A stretch of 64,000 nucleotides of DNA, taken from the NCBI GenBank assembly GCA_051362555.1, contig CM120648.1, positions 5,266,587 to 5,330,586 of the forward strand, read 5' to 3'. The position numbers were made by a program, and so were the translations under genes. Positions 1-12,721 of this stretch are shown here, piece by piece. Within the stretch, counting starts at the first letter, position 1, and each line of letters begins with the position of its first letter. This stretch comes from Lingula anatina (lineage: Eukaryota > Animalia > Brachiopoda). Below the pieces are notes generated by a model. That model made no database searches and was not told the DNA's origin. It saw only the letters and a list, made by a program, of their open reading frames with translations.

Positions 1-320
1 TTTTTCTCAGTTACCTCTTATTCAATCATACGCAGCTTGTAGATTTCTATTTAAGTTTGTCCACGGCTATAATGCCTTATTGTTTTCAAAAACAGAAATG
101 ACTTGCGCCTGAGTTTTGGAAGCTGTTGAGTCACACATTACGTCACTCTAGCATGCCGTGCATAATTATTACAACTTGTAAACGTTGTGCAATATCATGT
201 TTAACTTTTTCTCATATAATAACCGCACACATACACTGTATTTGGGCACGAAAACGTGGTCATAGTAAATATTTTATTCAAGATTTTTGCAAACACGCAA
301 TACACCTAATTAGGGACCCC

Positions 321-321
<1 letters not shown>

Positions 322-402
<81 letters not shown>
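322..402. repeat. Compound (CT)n(CA)n microsatellite
   Basis: Directly visible. Confidence 0.95.
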
Positions 403-443
403 TATAAGAGAGTTCATTCAGTTCCTTAGATTATATCACTTAC

Positions 444-1330
444 TCTGACTCATGATGGTCACGTCCTTAGAAGTACACGTGTTCGGCAGACACACACCCC
501 ATTCTAAGTTAACGCCTGCTCCTAATCCTCCCACGTTCTAAAATATTAAAATATAAAAATGTATAAAATGGTTTTAGATGTATACATAAAACATATATTA
601 AAAAAAACAGCTTGAATTACAAGGGCAGATTCCTAGTGGAAAATAAAAGATCGTGAAAATTTTGATCAATAAAATGTAGATCATTATACAATGTAACTCG
701 GTATCTTTTCCATATTATTTGATGATTTGTTTGATTTGTTCGTTTTTTTTCCGATAAGCGCCATTTCGGGAACCAGCAAAGTTACTACAGTAGGTACTAC
801 AATTGGTACTGGTATACTGGCTTTTAAATACTTTATAATATTCTTTACATTTTTATACTTATATAATTGAATTACCCCAGCAGGGATCATTTCGGCTGGC
901 AGCGGTATGTGGATTTTACAGTATTCGCCATTTATCTGGCGATCGGCGGTTAGCGAGATTCCAATGGAAGCATCCCTGGGGAAGAAGACGTACATATTTT
1001 CTAGCTGACAATTACTTTTGGAATTGTGTAATAAATAAACTGTTCTCTACAATTCACTTTCTCGGCTCATTTGAAAAATTGAAATCACTCTAACAAACAA
1101 AGAAGCAGTAATACTCACACTCATAATTCGTACTTTGCGACTTTTCAAGAAAGGGGAAAAAGTGTTCGTTTTCAAACAATTTGTAAAAACATTGGTCTTA
1201 CTTAATTTCTCCTTTCACTCTCATACATTGTTCAAATTGTCCGTGCCACTTGGTGTTCCCGTACATGAGCCCAGCTTCCGGTTTACCTATAGCGTCCAGC
1301 ACTGAAGGATAAATAAATAAATAAATAAAT

Positions 1331-1363
<33 letters not shown>

Positions 1364-1623
1364 ATCACTGCTACCGAACTGATACATGTAACGCAAACAT
1401 TTTAAATAAACCTGAGTTGCAAGTCCTGTCGATTTCCCCCCTGAAGTCCCTGAATTACACCGGTGGGTGCCTGAATTTGCTAAGGTGGGGTGGGGGAGGG
1501 GAAAAAGAAGGAGGGGTGGCAAAGTTAAAAAAGACTGCTTCGGTTCTTCCGGCAAATACATAACAGCAGACTACAGCGCCCTTACTACATGTATAATATT
1601 TCGTTTTGCTTGTTGTATTCTTT

Positions 1624-1658
<35 letters not shown>

Positions 1659-4153
1659 TTTTTGTCTGAGGGAGATATCTTGGTACGTCTGAAGCTAATG
1701 GTGGTATGTTCTAAAACGCGTAATAACGTATTTTGAAAGTACATGTTAGTGTTGGTGTTTGTAGTCTCACCCTTGCAGCAAATCGTAACAGACGTGACAA
1801 ACATCACATCCTTCAATACCAATAGCAATCTTAATGACTATGGTAAAACATTAAAATTGATTGAAAACGTGAACTCATGGTCATAATTGATGGAGGGATT
1901 TTTAAGCATATCATCTACATCCCGTTTCCCAGCACATTAAAAACCTATTTTGTTGTAACTGAATAATAAGGTTGCTGGGTACATGTATTACTAAATCCTA
2001 TTTTGATTGTTCCAATTTTACATGCTGACTTCAGTTAAAGCACATATATTACGGAGGAAAAAAAGGGGAACCAAAAGCACATCCTTAGCGTGTTTACAAG
2101 AAGATTCCTTTTATAAGAATGACACAGCACTATTCATCGGCAGTTTGCCCAGCCCTATATTATAGTGTAATCAGTACATGACACATTGGGTATACGGTTA
2201 TATACAGAGTACTTAACTAATGATAGGCGATATTGACACTCCCTTCATTGTAAGATAAGCACTGACCTAATCTCTTACTCAGCTTCAGTAGTGTCTCCCT
2301 CAGTTTGAAGGTGACGTCACTCGATTGATGCGTGGAAGTGAGTGTACATGTACCCATTATTGCTGTGGATTCTTATCGTCGTTTTGATTATTTTATTTTA
2401 TGAATTTCATTTCATCATTCTTTTTTTTTTTAATTTGATCACTTATTGGATGGGGAGTGACATGAACACGTAAAATTGTTGATGTATATTTCCAATGGAT
2501 GGAAAGAAGTTCCCCTTACGGCCCCATGCAATCTCAAAATATCATAATCCATCCATTAAAATGATTAAAACCAAATTCTAAAATTAATTTTAAAATCTGC
2601 TTATGCTAGTAACCTTAATCCCCTTTTTTCAAAGCATACAGTCTGTAGTTTCATCACAGATATATTTTTGTTAAAATATAAAAATAGCCTAATAAATTAA
2701 TTTCTAATAAATACAATATCTAAAATTGTGTTTAAAAATCGTCTCTTCGGCCTTAAGCAATTTTGTCTTAATGAATGTGTTTAAGTGGGCAACTGTTCTT
2801 TTCAGAAAATTATGACAAATTCTCCGTCGTCAATATCCCTCTGGAGAGGGCAGAGTGTTGAAGTTATTTTGTTTACTTAAAAGAGATTGCATTGACGGCT
2901 GAGTTGCCAACCACTCTTATCTCGGACACCAAGAGACAAGTGGTAGTCAAACAGGGCGGGGCGGAGAGGGGTTCTAGTGTAGGCCAACGCCCACGGCAGT
3001 CTATATGCTGAGCTACCGATTGACCTTTTGAATCTTGTTTGATTATGATTCGTTTCCTGTCTCCGGGGCGTTAAGGTATAAAAAGTGGGATTTGTGTCGT
3101 AATTTGTGTCCATTGGCAATGCCCCACTTACAGGCACACGACTTGTAAAGCCTCACAAGACCAATACTGCAGCTTACAGGGCAACTGTGTGTCGAGTATG
3201 GATATTTTGTATTAGACGCACCTACGAACCATCCATAGAAATTAAGATGCATACAGAAGCTGGTAGTTTTTAAAGATTATTTGTACACTGTTGACTTAAT
3301 CTTTTCATATTAGAAAGTTGCTATTAGTTTTCCAAAATTTATAACGTTTGTAATACTTGTGGAGTCAATTTTATTAATTTCTATTCTATGTGCATTGTTC
3401 CGTTTTGTTACTTCTAAATACCAACCAAGTTTTGAATTCCACAAACACAATAAAGTAAAAATCAAAATACATTGATATATTTTCCTAAACGATAAAAAGA
3501 CGCATTACAAAAGCACATTCTATCATCAACTTACTGCTAAGCGCCCAAATTTGCGAGCTTGAGAGTCCTTCCAACATCAAGCCAATATCTCTGGTGCATT
3601 CGCCATTGACGCCGGCCATGTTGGGTGCTTGCGCCAGCGCGAGGGGAATTATCGTCTGCAGAATGGGCCCAAAGTCTGTGTTCGCCAAGCTTCCATTTGT
3701 CGCGATATTCTGCAGGAGCAGCTCCAACGCGGTGGTGTCCAGTCCTTGCGAAGACAAGAAGGGTAACAGTTGGTTTTGAACCACGGAGCCGAGGTCGAGG
3801 GCGGCAAGGCTGCCGTTTGCCACCCCTAGGGATGAGAGGATTTGCGAAAGCTGCCCGGGGATGTCATTCAAGTTGGACAGAGTGAAGTTTAAGTCGACAA
3901 CCCCCTGGATGAGTTGTTCAGTTCCGTTTAAGACGGCGGTTGTGATACGGTCTGCGTTCTGCGCCGTCAGAAACCCCTGGAGTTGAGCCGGTAGAGAGCC
4001 GTTTAGTGCGACAATTGCGCTCTCGATGTTCTGGCGACTTGCTAGCTGTCGCAGTACGTTGGCTACGGCGTTGGACGACAGCTGTCCGTCGACGTGGTTA
4101 AAAGACAGAGACACAACTATCAAAATCACCACAACAGTTGCCGGGACTTTCAT
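444..4153 (-). CDS. nrf-6: NRF-6 / O-acyltransferase-like protein, paralog A (5' part only; gene continues beyond the left edge)
   Basis: GT-AG exons with matching phases: 3535-4153 (signal peptide MKVPATVVVILIVVSLSF..., ending CTRDIGLMLEGLSSSQIWALS), 1202-1301 (MLDAIGKPEAGLMYGNTKWHGQFEQCMRV, the NRF-domain motif), 876-975 (INGEYCKIHI) and 444-537 (WGVCLPNTCTSKDV). Splice positions match paralogs B and C. The symbol is family-level only. Confidence 0.85.
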
Positions 4154-5026
4154 GGTGATCACCTTAAATGGCTGTTTGGTCTTTTTAAGTATATTCCAAG
4201 TTTATTAATGCTGAATTTGAAATCACAGTACAAGTTTTGAAAAACCTGATTTTGGCTTTTTCTCGTCAGCTCTGTCTTCACTTGATTCTGGCTATCACCT
4301 TTTCCGGTGCGCGTTGCGACGTTAACCGTTGATTATCTTGACCGTTTTTTCTCTGCCTTGTCCGACTTTCCTGGTCTCACTCAGTGCTTGTTGATGTTGA
4401 AACTCATTTTGTCAAATTCTCAGCTAAATAAGGAGCACCGCATTTGCATAGCAAAGCCGATAGACCAACAAACGATGTAGACCTTTTGACGTTCCTGTCA
4501 GGGAGGGTGTGACGTGGGTTTCCAAATATAGCGTAAGATAAGGTGACTCAAAAGTCTGTTAATATTTATTTTGTTTACCCGTTACGCTCTATCACGAACG
4601 ACTGTTTAAATGTGTGTTAATTTTTATTTACAGATAAGATTTAGAGACATTTAAGTACATGGTATAGGTACATGTACATTATGCTACGCCAATGACGACA
4701 TCTATTATTTTCCATAAGAAAACTGATGTGCGATACTGTTTGTACGCTCCTTGATGTCTACATACATGTGTGTGTCTGTGTGTGTGTGTGGGGGGGGGGG
4801 GGGGGGGGGGGGTAGGGGGGGTGCATGTATGGCTCCTTCATGATCACAGTCTCAAAATTTCCTGTGTTTGCCTTTTCCTTAAAATTAAAAGGTACAGGTT
4901 TTCGTCAACATCTGGTCTATGTTGCAATACAATGCAGCTGGTAATGTTAAATTTGTGCAAGGGTTTTATTCTAAACGCACCTTTATCATTTGAGTCGTTT
5001 ATTAAAACTTCTATTTGCCTGTCTTA

Positions 5027-5062
<36 letters not shown>

Positions 5063-6268
5063 ACTAACTGAGTACCTATTATTATTATTATTATCATTAT
5101 TATTATTTTGAACGCGTACGTTAGTAGAGAACTCCATAATAGTTATATTAGAACCAAAACATTGCCTAAAAACTGACCTTTGATCACGAAAAAGCACCGT
5201 TCTCCCTTTGAAAAAAATACAACGTGCAAATACAAAATTCAAAGGAGGAATTGTGCAGTCGGAATTGGAGGAATGCCCGTTTTTAATAGGCGAATCAATG
5301 ATGTTTCAAGCCAACTCGTTAGTTAACCGCTGAAAAAATACCTCGCAACGTGTAATTTGAAACGTTACCTACAAATCTGAGGTGAAACTTATTTGTACAG
5401 TAACAATAGTTTACAAAGAGCCTAGACCTATTTTGGTTTTATTATTTTTTAGCTTTATTTGAAATTTGCCCATCACATCAAATTTGAAAAAGATACATTG
5501 TACATTACATTAAAAACTTATTGGATTTTCTATGGATATATATAAAAAAATTAAATTTAAACTTGTGAAAATATTAAATTTAATTTCGCTCTGTTATCTA
5601 CCGGTACGCTCATCCCGAAGTTTGGGTGAATAATTTCCGCACACTCTGCAGCTACAATGGTGTTTAAACTTAAAGTTAAATCAAACACGAACTATCGAGT
5701 TAATACTTCATACTATATTCAAACGCACAAAACAAATACACTCCTTTGTTATATTCCAATTGCCAAGTTTACCAAGTTCAAGCGACAGATACGGTCGTCA
5801 GTTAATTTCTGGTACTTGGTACCACTTGTAGGTTTTTGGGATCTTGAGGGCCACGCCATATGTGAGGTGTTGTTACGGGGACACACTGATAAGCGTGCAA
5901 TTGCTTTGTGGGCAAGAGGGATACGGCCACCCCCACCCCCCTCTGCCCTCAGATGTCCTGCAAGAAGTAAACCCGTACGGGGTTATTAGTCTCTTGTTAA
6001 TTCATGATTCACCGTAAAAAAAGAGCCTTCAACTTATATCGGCCGGAACATTATAATGGTATGACTATATATATTCTAAATATGCTTTTGTAAGTCTGAT
6101 TTCTAATGTCTATATTACAGACAGACACAAACGGTGGACAAGTGCCAACATGTACCGGTACTTCACAAGATCTTCATTACGTGCAACCAAGATAAAAAAG
6201 ATCTGAGAAAAATTAGTCAGAAGAACAACAGTTTTATTTAAATCCGTTTTTGCCTCGTGTCGAAGGGA

Positions 6269-9200
6269 CTACTTTCTCAGGATCATTTTCTCCAGGCCGA
6301 GTATCGGCGCTTCAAAGAGCAGAGAGGCCACCAGGGCTGCTGCGTACGCCAGCGTGATGTAGGCCGTAAACAGGATAGCCTGAAATGAATTTAAAAGAAT
6401 TAAGCCGAACAAAGAATGATACTGACAATATATAACACCTTGTAAACATGTGCAGGTGATGAAAACGCAGATTGCGAACCTCCTAGTTTAAGGGGCGGGT
6501 CTCAAGCTGGCATTTTTAATTTCCCCGTCTTGATCTAACTTTTAATACGTTACACTCTGACATCTAACAATATCTAAAACAGCGCCGTGAAATTAAGTTA
6601 TTATAAAATATACTGCTATTACAATGTATAATAAAGTCATGTTTGAAATTCTTGATTCAAAATTGAAACAAAATATATCCAGGTATATACCAACATTATG
6701 AGTCTAACAAAATATACATGTCAATTCCAACTCGCCACAATTGCCTAATTCATAACTAAAACGTCCAACTTACCACTGTAAAGTCAGAGATGGTGATATC
6801 CTTAATACGAGTACTCTGGTATATTGTGATAATGAAGAAGTGTACAAAATACACAGCAAAGGTAAGCCGCCCCAGTGGAACCCAGGCCGGATAGGACAGG
6901 ATAGTGTTGATAAATCCTGGAATTAAGGGGGGGGGGGTTATATTTATACTGTACATACAATTGTATAGCAAGCGCGTAGGCGGCAAATTAGATGTGTGTA
7001 TGGGGGTGACAAAAAATTAAAGTGTGCGTCACCTTCCCCCCCCCCCCCCCCCCCCCACTTGTTTCCTACCCGTTTGCTTTAGAAAGTGGTATACAAAGAT
7101 GCATGTATTTCATCTTAAAAGAGTAAACCAATCTAATCAAGAGATCAATGAGTAAATAGAGACAAGTGTGTGGGCCAACCGCCCTGGTCCAAATTTGGCT
7201 CCCTCGTCTATAAAAAGTGTTAAAACTAAACCAAACAAAATGAATGAATGAATGGATGTATAAATAAAAATATTAAATAAACGAATGAATGAATTAAATA
7301 ATGAATGGATGCATGGATAGACGGGTGAATAAATAGATAAACAAACAAACAAATATAGAAACAAACAAACAAAAACAAGTAAATTAATTGATAGCAAAAA
7401 TCTTACCGCCATATCCCGTGGCGCAGGCTATAACGACCCAGCCCAAGGCAAGCGCCCAGAGCGGTCTGCTGATCACCTCGTAGGCGATGGCGGCGTCTTT
7501 CTCCCAGGGACCATTCTGATCCTCGTCGTGTCTGACGTAGGTCAACATGAAGATGACACCTAGCGACACCAGCCAACACAGGGCAGCCAGGAACTAGACA
7601 GGCGATAATAAAGGTTAAAATTATAATCTTAAACTTTGTAATCATGAAATATGTAAAGGGATTTCAAAAAGCGGCAAAAAGATACATGTAATCAAGGAGT
7701 TATAACAGAAGGAGATTACACGCGTGGGGGCGGAGCCCGTATTACGGTCTCTCATTGGTCGGAATGAATAGAACCCAGAGAACAATGGATGCCTATCTCT
7801 GTTACGCTTAATTGCTACTCTCGTTTAAATCTCGTTTGTTAGTATCTGTGCCTTCGTCTGTTGATTTTTGAGGACAGAAACAGAAACGGACTCCCAAGTT
7901 TCTAAAAAATGAGAGAAATACAGAATTTATATGATATTACGTTGGACAAGGTTTTCAAAAAACAGGTAAGTGCTTTTAAATGCATAACTACACGAAATAT
8001 GAAGATAAGTTGCAACTTTTATGTCGTAGGGTCTCACTGTGTAAGTGTCCAGCTACACGTTGATCTCGCGAGGTGGTGTGTGGAGAATAAATATTGCACG
8101 AAAAATATTTCCCACTCATAACAAGTGCCTATCAATATAGTATCAGATGAAAAAAGTTTGGTCTTTATACAGTTGCAATTGTTAAGTAATTTGTGGCAAT
8201 AGCAAAGAATAAAACTTAGGTGCACTTTCAGTAGCCGAATAACAAGCAGATGCTTAAGCCGCCATCTTGTTAATATTTCGAAAAAAAAATTACTCCAAAA
8301 GACATTTTCCTCCTACTTTTTGAAACTTGTGTCACATGACAGTCATAAAATTTAACTAATTGTTATGTGTGCAACACACTTGCTTGAGCAGTATTGTTTT
8401 TTTTTGCGATTTTACATGTGGTCTAGCTTGGATACGACAATTGACAATTTTCATGAGTTCCGATCAAAAAGTGTTACGCTTGTTACGGCCAAAAGCCTTA
8501 CCGCTTTTTGTACTTTTCAAATGCAAGATTATAAAAAAATTTGGTGTGTTTAGATTCTTGAACATCTTGGTCGTGGCGTGGTATATATTGCATGGATACT
8601 GCTCCAATATTTCTTGAAAAAAATAACCCGATTTGTTCAGAATACCAATTTGTTATAACTCCTTGATGTAATGTATAAGCCACTGACAAAATGAACTATT
8701 ATTAATGGTTATATAAACTGGCTTGGTAAACAGGCGGATTTGGGTATAGACAAGGGCGGGGAAAACTATTCAGCCACATCCCTTCCTCTCTCCAACTGTA
8801 AGCAAATTAAAAAGAAACGTGTTGTGTTCTCCTCGTTGGGAAAGTTGGACTAAAGTCGGTATATTGATAATACAGGTAATATTAGCCGGTCTAATAACGT
8901 AATATCTCATTTAAGTAAAAAAAAAAAACTAGATGTCCTATCTACACATGGTATCATAGACACTTAAAGTCTCATTCCCATTAAAACTAACGGTCTACGA
9001 TAGATCGTTCCAACTACTATAGGATGCGTAGATTTTTGCTGAATGCAATCAGTTTAACGGGTGTTATAACACGCCTCCTCTTAGTGACATGTTAATCTGT
9101 TAAACTGATTGCATTCAGAGAGAGTCTCCGTGGAGTTGGACCGATAGTTTCACAGGTAATGCTATCTTACCTTATTGAATTTAATCTTAAGATCTGTCTT

Positions 9201-12200
9201 GTACAGTATGTATCCCACCATGAGGCCGACCAAGTATGGGCTAATACGGCACCAGGGGAGGATGTAATAGTCGGCGAAGAAATCTGGGCTGAAATAAAAT
9301 AAAATCAGTTGACACTAGATGGGGAACATACAGGTGCATGTACGAGGAAACTAACACGATCCTTTGAAACCATACATTGTATCAGCATATGGCTGAATTC
9401 CCCGGCCGTGACTCGTGCACACGTACATGTGATTTGGATCCCAATAACGGGGCGGTGATTTAAAAGTCATGGTGTCAGGTCTTACTTGCCAAACAAGTGC
9501 ATGTCTCCTTCCATTCCGGCCAATGTGAATGCCGCCGCCAGGCCGCATGCCACAACACCCAACAGCAGGAGCAGGACTCCGATCAACGGCTTCCTGAAAG
9601 TGGATATATTTCACCGGTGGAAGAGAGCGCCATTGATTAAACACAGTACACAAAAACTGTAAATGAATAAATAAATAAAATGAATATACATGCATACAAT
9701 ATATACAGGGATAGTGCATTTTTTTACGACGTTGACAAGACCCACGTTGACTTTGTTAGTGGTCACGTGACCAGACAGGCCAACCCAACGGCAAGTCGTT
9801 CATAAGGCCTGAACATCATTACTTCTATTCTCTCTATTTACTTAGTTCTACTAGTGCTTCGACCAGACATACATGTATACCCGGTAATGCATTAATATTC
9901 GTAACTACAGAACTGAACAAATACAAAGTACATGTACATGTATTTGCATTCACATTGTGTGTATGCGCGCGTTTGTACTACATGTACATGTACCGGTAGT
10001 ATGCTTATTGCTCGTTTGTACACACCAATATGTCCTTTATTTGATTTTTAATTTTAGAGCAGAGTAGGTAAAACACTCCACTTACAAATACAGTGGGATC
10101 AGGAATAATGGAGCAACCACGTAAAACTGGAAATCATTTGCAATGTACCAACTCAGGTCGAAACACTGGAAGTGAAAATCAGGAGAAATATTCAAAAAGT
10201 GGGTCCTTCAATTAGTACAATATAAGCATTTAAATAGAATGGGTACAGAGTAGTTGCCAGTATGATACTTGTACATATCATTGCAAAATACGCTATTTAT
10301 TTATAACTGTACCTCCCATATCTCTTTTTTACATTTCCATCTACCCATGTGGATGTACCGGTACTAACGTTTTTCAGTGAATAAACCATTTATTCTCCGT
10401 ACCATCTGGTCTCGTTTCTAACTTTTGGCATTTAACTGCGCATGCGTCATTCACATGACTTACACCGAAAAAGTTCTGCTCCACACATCAATTATTGAAT
10501 AATATGTGTCATTAAGTAACAGCCCTGCACTAAATTGGAAGTACTGCGCACGTTCAAGAGTTATTGGAAAATCGAAAGGTGCACCATGGCCACATACCTG
10601 TTCTTTATTATTGATAACGTTGTTCAAATACAGGAGGTTAGTCCACCAGTTGTTGGCACAGAATTCACCATCGTGGAGTTTACCGTTCCACATCGGCCCA
10701 CTTCCCATGTATATGGTCAGCGTGGCATAGATAAATATCAGCATATAATACAGAGGGGACAGCCTGGAAAAGAAGCAATCAGCAGCGACGACGATGAAGC
10801 TTAACACATAGCTTGACATGTCAAACGTGTCAAACGTGTCTAGCATTTTCTTCTGTTACAAGCCTGAAAAGCTCTACGTGTTTAGCTTTTACACATATTT
10901 CTAAATGCGTTTAGGTGTTAAACGTGTGTTGTATGTGTTTAAATGATAAACACTGTTTTTACAGTGTAGGATCCTATTTTGTAAAGGATGTGGAGACAAA
11001 AGCATTGCACGTATTGTATAAGTAGGTACCAGTACACGTTCTCACCGGATTATTCTGTGTACGTAATACATGATCATGGTCTTCGGTCTGATGCCGTTTT
11101 CTCTGCGAAGTTGTCTCAGGAACAAATACGCCGCAAGGACACCACTACAATGTGAAGAATAAGAAGTGAAGGTTAAGTGAAATAATAAAACTACTACAAA
11201 TGTACACAGCGCTGACACAACACAAAGCAATACTAGCACACTTAAAGCGATGCAATGCAATCGGTACAGCTGCAATGCAAGACACAGTATCTGAACACAA
11301 CTAAACACACGTACTATAAATGAAATCACAAGTCTTAATTTGAGATGGAATTTAAATGAAAATAACTGAAATGAAGTATATTTACAGCTCCTTAACGAAG
11401 GTATATGCATGCAGAGTATATAAAGCGGAATTTGTACTAGCACACTGTAGATGCACAATATTAATACGAAAAAGGCAATATATTACATGTAAACTTAAAG
11501 TTCTACAATCGGTTGCGTTCAAAAGCGGTTAAGTTTCTGGCAATATTTCTGGCGTCACAAGGTGTTGACCATGGTGAGAAAATACACTGACTAGACCTCG
11601 CGTTACGGCTTACGTACCTCAATAAGAAGAACGAATCCACAGAAAATAAAGCATTCCCTACTGCGTTGAATGAAAACCTCTTCGTTTCCTCAAACTCAAA
11701 GACAATGTTATCTGAAATAAGCCATTTGTTGTCTTTTTATTAAAATTAAAATTTCTTTCTTCTGTTATGGTTTAATAAATGCACTGTTTGAGGAGGGAAA
11801 ACAGTTTTATGCATTTGCCTCAATTACGGGTGCAATTTTCCTTTCGTTCCCTGAAAATCTTCAATATATCAGGCTATCGTCCCACATACCAGATACATGT
11901 AACATCTTTGCAGAATTATTTCTATTTTACTGATTTGTCGATTCCGTAATGGTCTCCACGATATCATTTCTTTCTTTTTACTTTTAATTTTACAACAAAC
12001 AGTAACTGTATGTCATATATGAACCTTGTAATACAAGAACAATCCAAGAAAATATTACAAAACAATTAGAGCAATTAAACAATAAGTTATAAAGAACGTG
12101 AGTGACGTTTCTCACGAATACTTTAAATATAAAATTAAATTAAAGGTACACTTCATGAGTTTACCCGCCAAAATGGTATATGTGAGGTTTTATAAGAAGC

Positions 12201-12628
12201 TGTAGAAGGCAAAAATAACCATTTTCGGGATTTTCAAACCCACGGAGTCTACCTTTAAGCATACCAGTACACAAATTACTTAAAGTCGATCTGGCGTTAT
12301 AAACTCACCGACATTGCCAAATGAAAAAGAATACGTGTGGCCCAGCACAACCCATCCGATGCTCATAACTCGGATGCCATTGAGGCAGGTAATGGCGGCA
12401 CTTCCTTGGTGAGTGCTCAGTAGTCTGGGGAGAGTGGTGTACAGAGAGAAGGCAGTGAACAGGCGGACGAGAGCGGGAGCTGAACAAAAGAAGTAAAGAT
12501 TATTAGTGTCAGGAATTCCTAATGACCAGTGCTAAGTACTTACAATCACCACTGTTCACATTTAAAGTGCATGTCCCATCACTTTCCAGGGGTTACTCAT
12601 GATCGATGCAAACGTTTGAGGCATCTTG

Positions 12629-12721
<93 letters not shown>

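Noticed and set aside
8034-8689. Small ORFs duplicated at 58030-58911 as a conserved gene
   Set aside because: The similarity comes from the transposon arm copy; these overlapping ORFs occur on both strands and have no recognisable domain.
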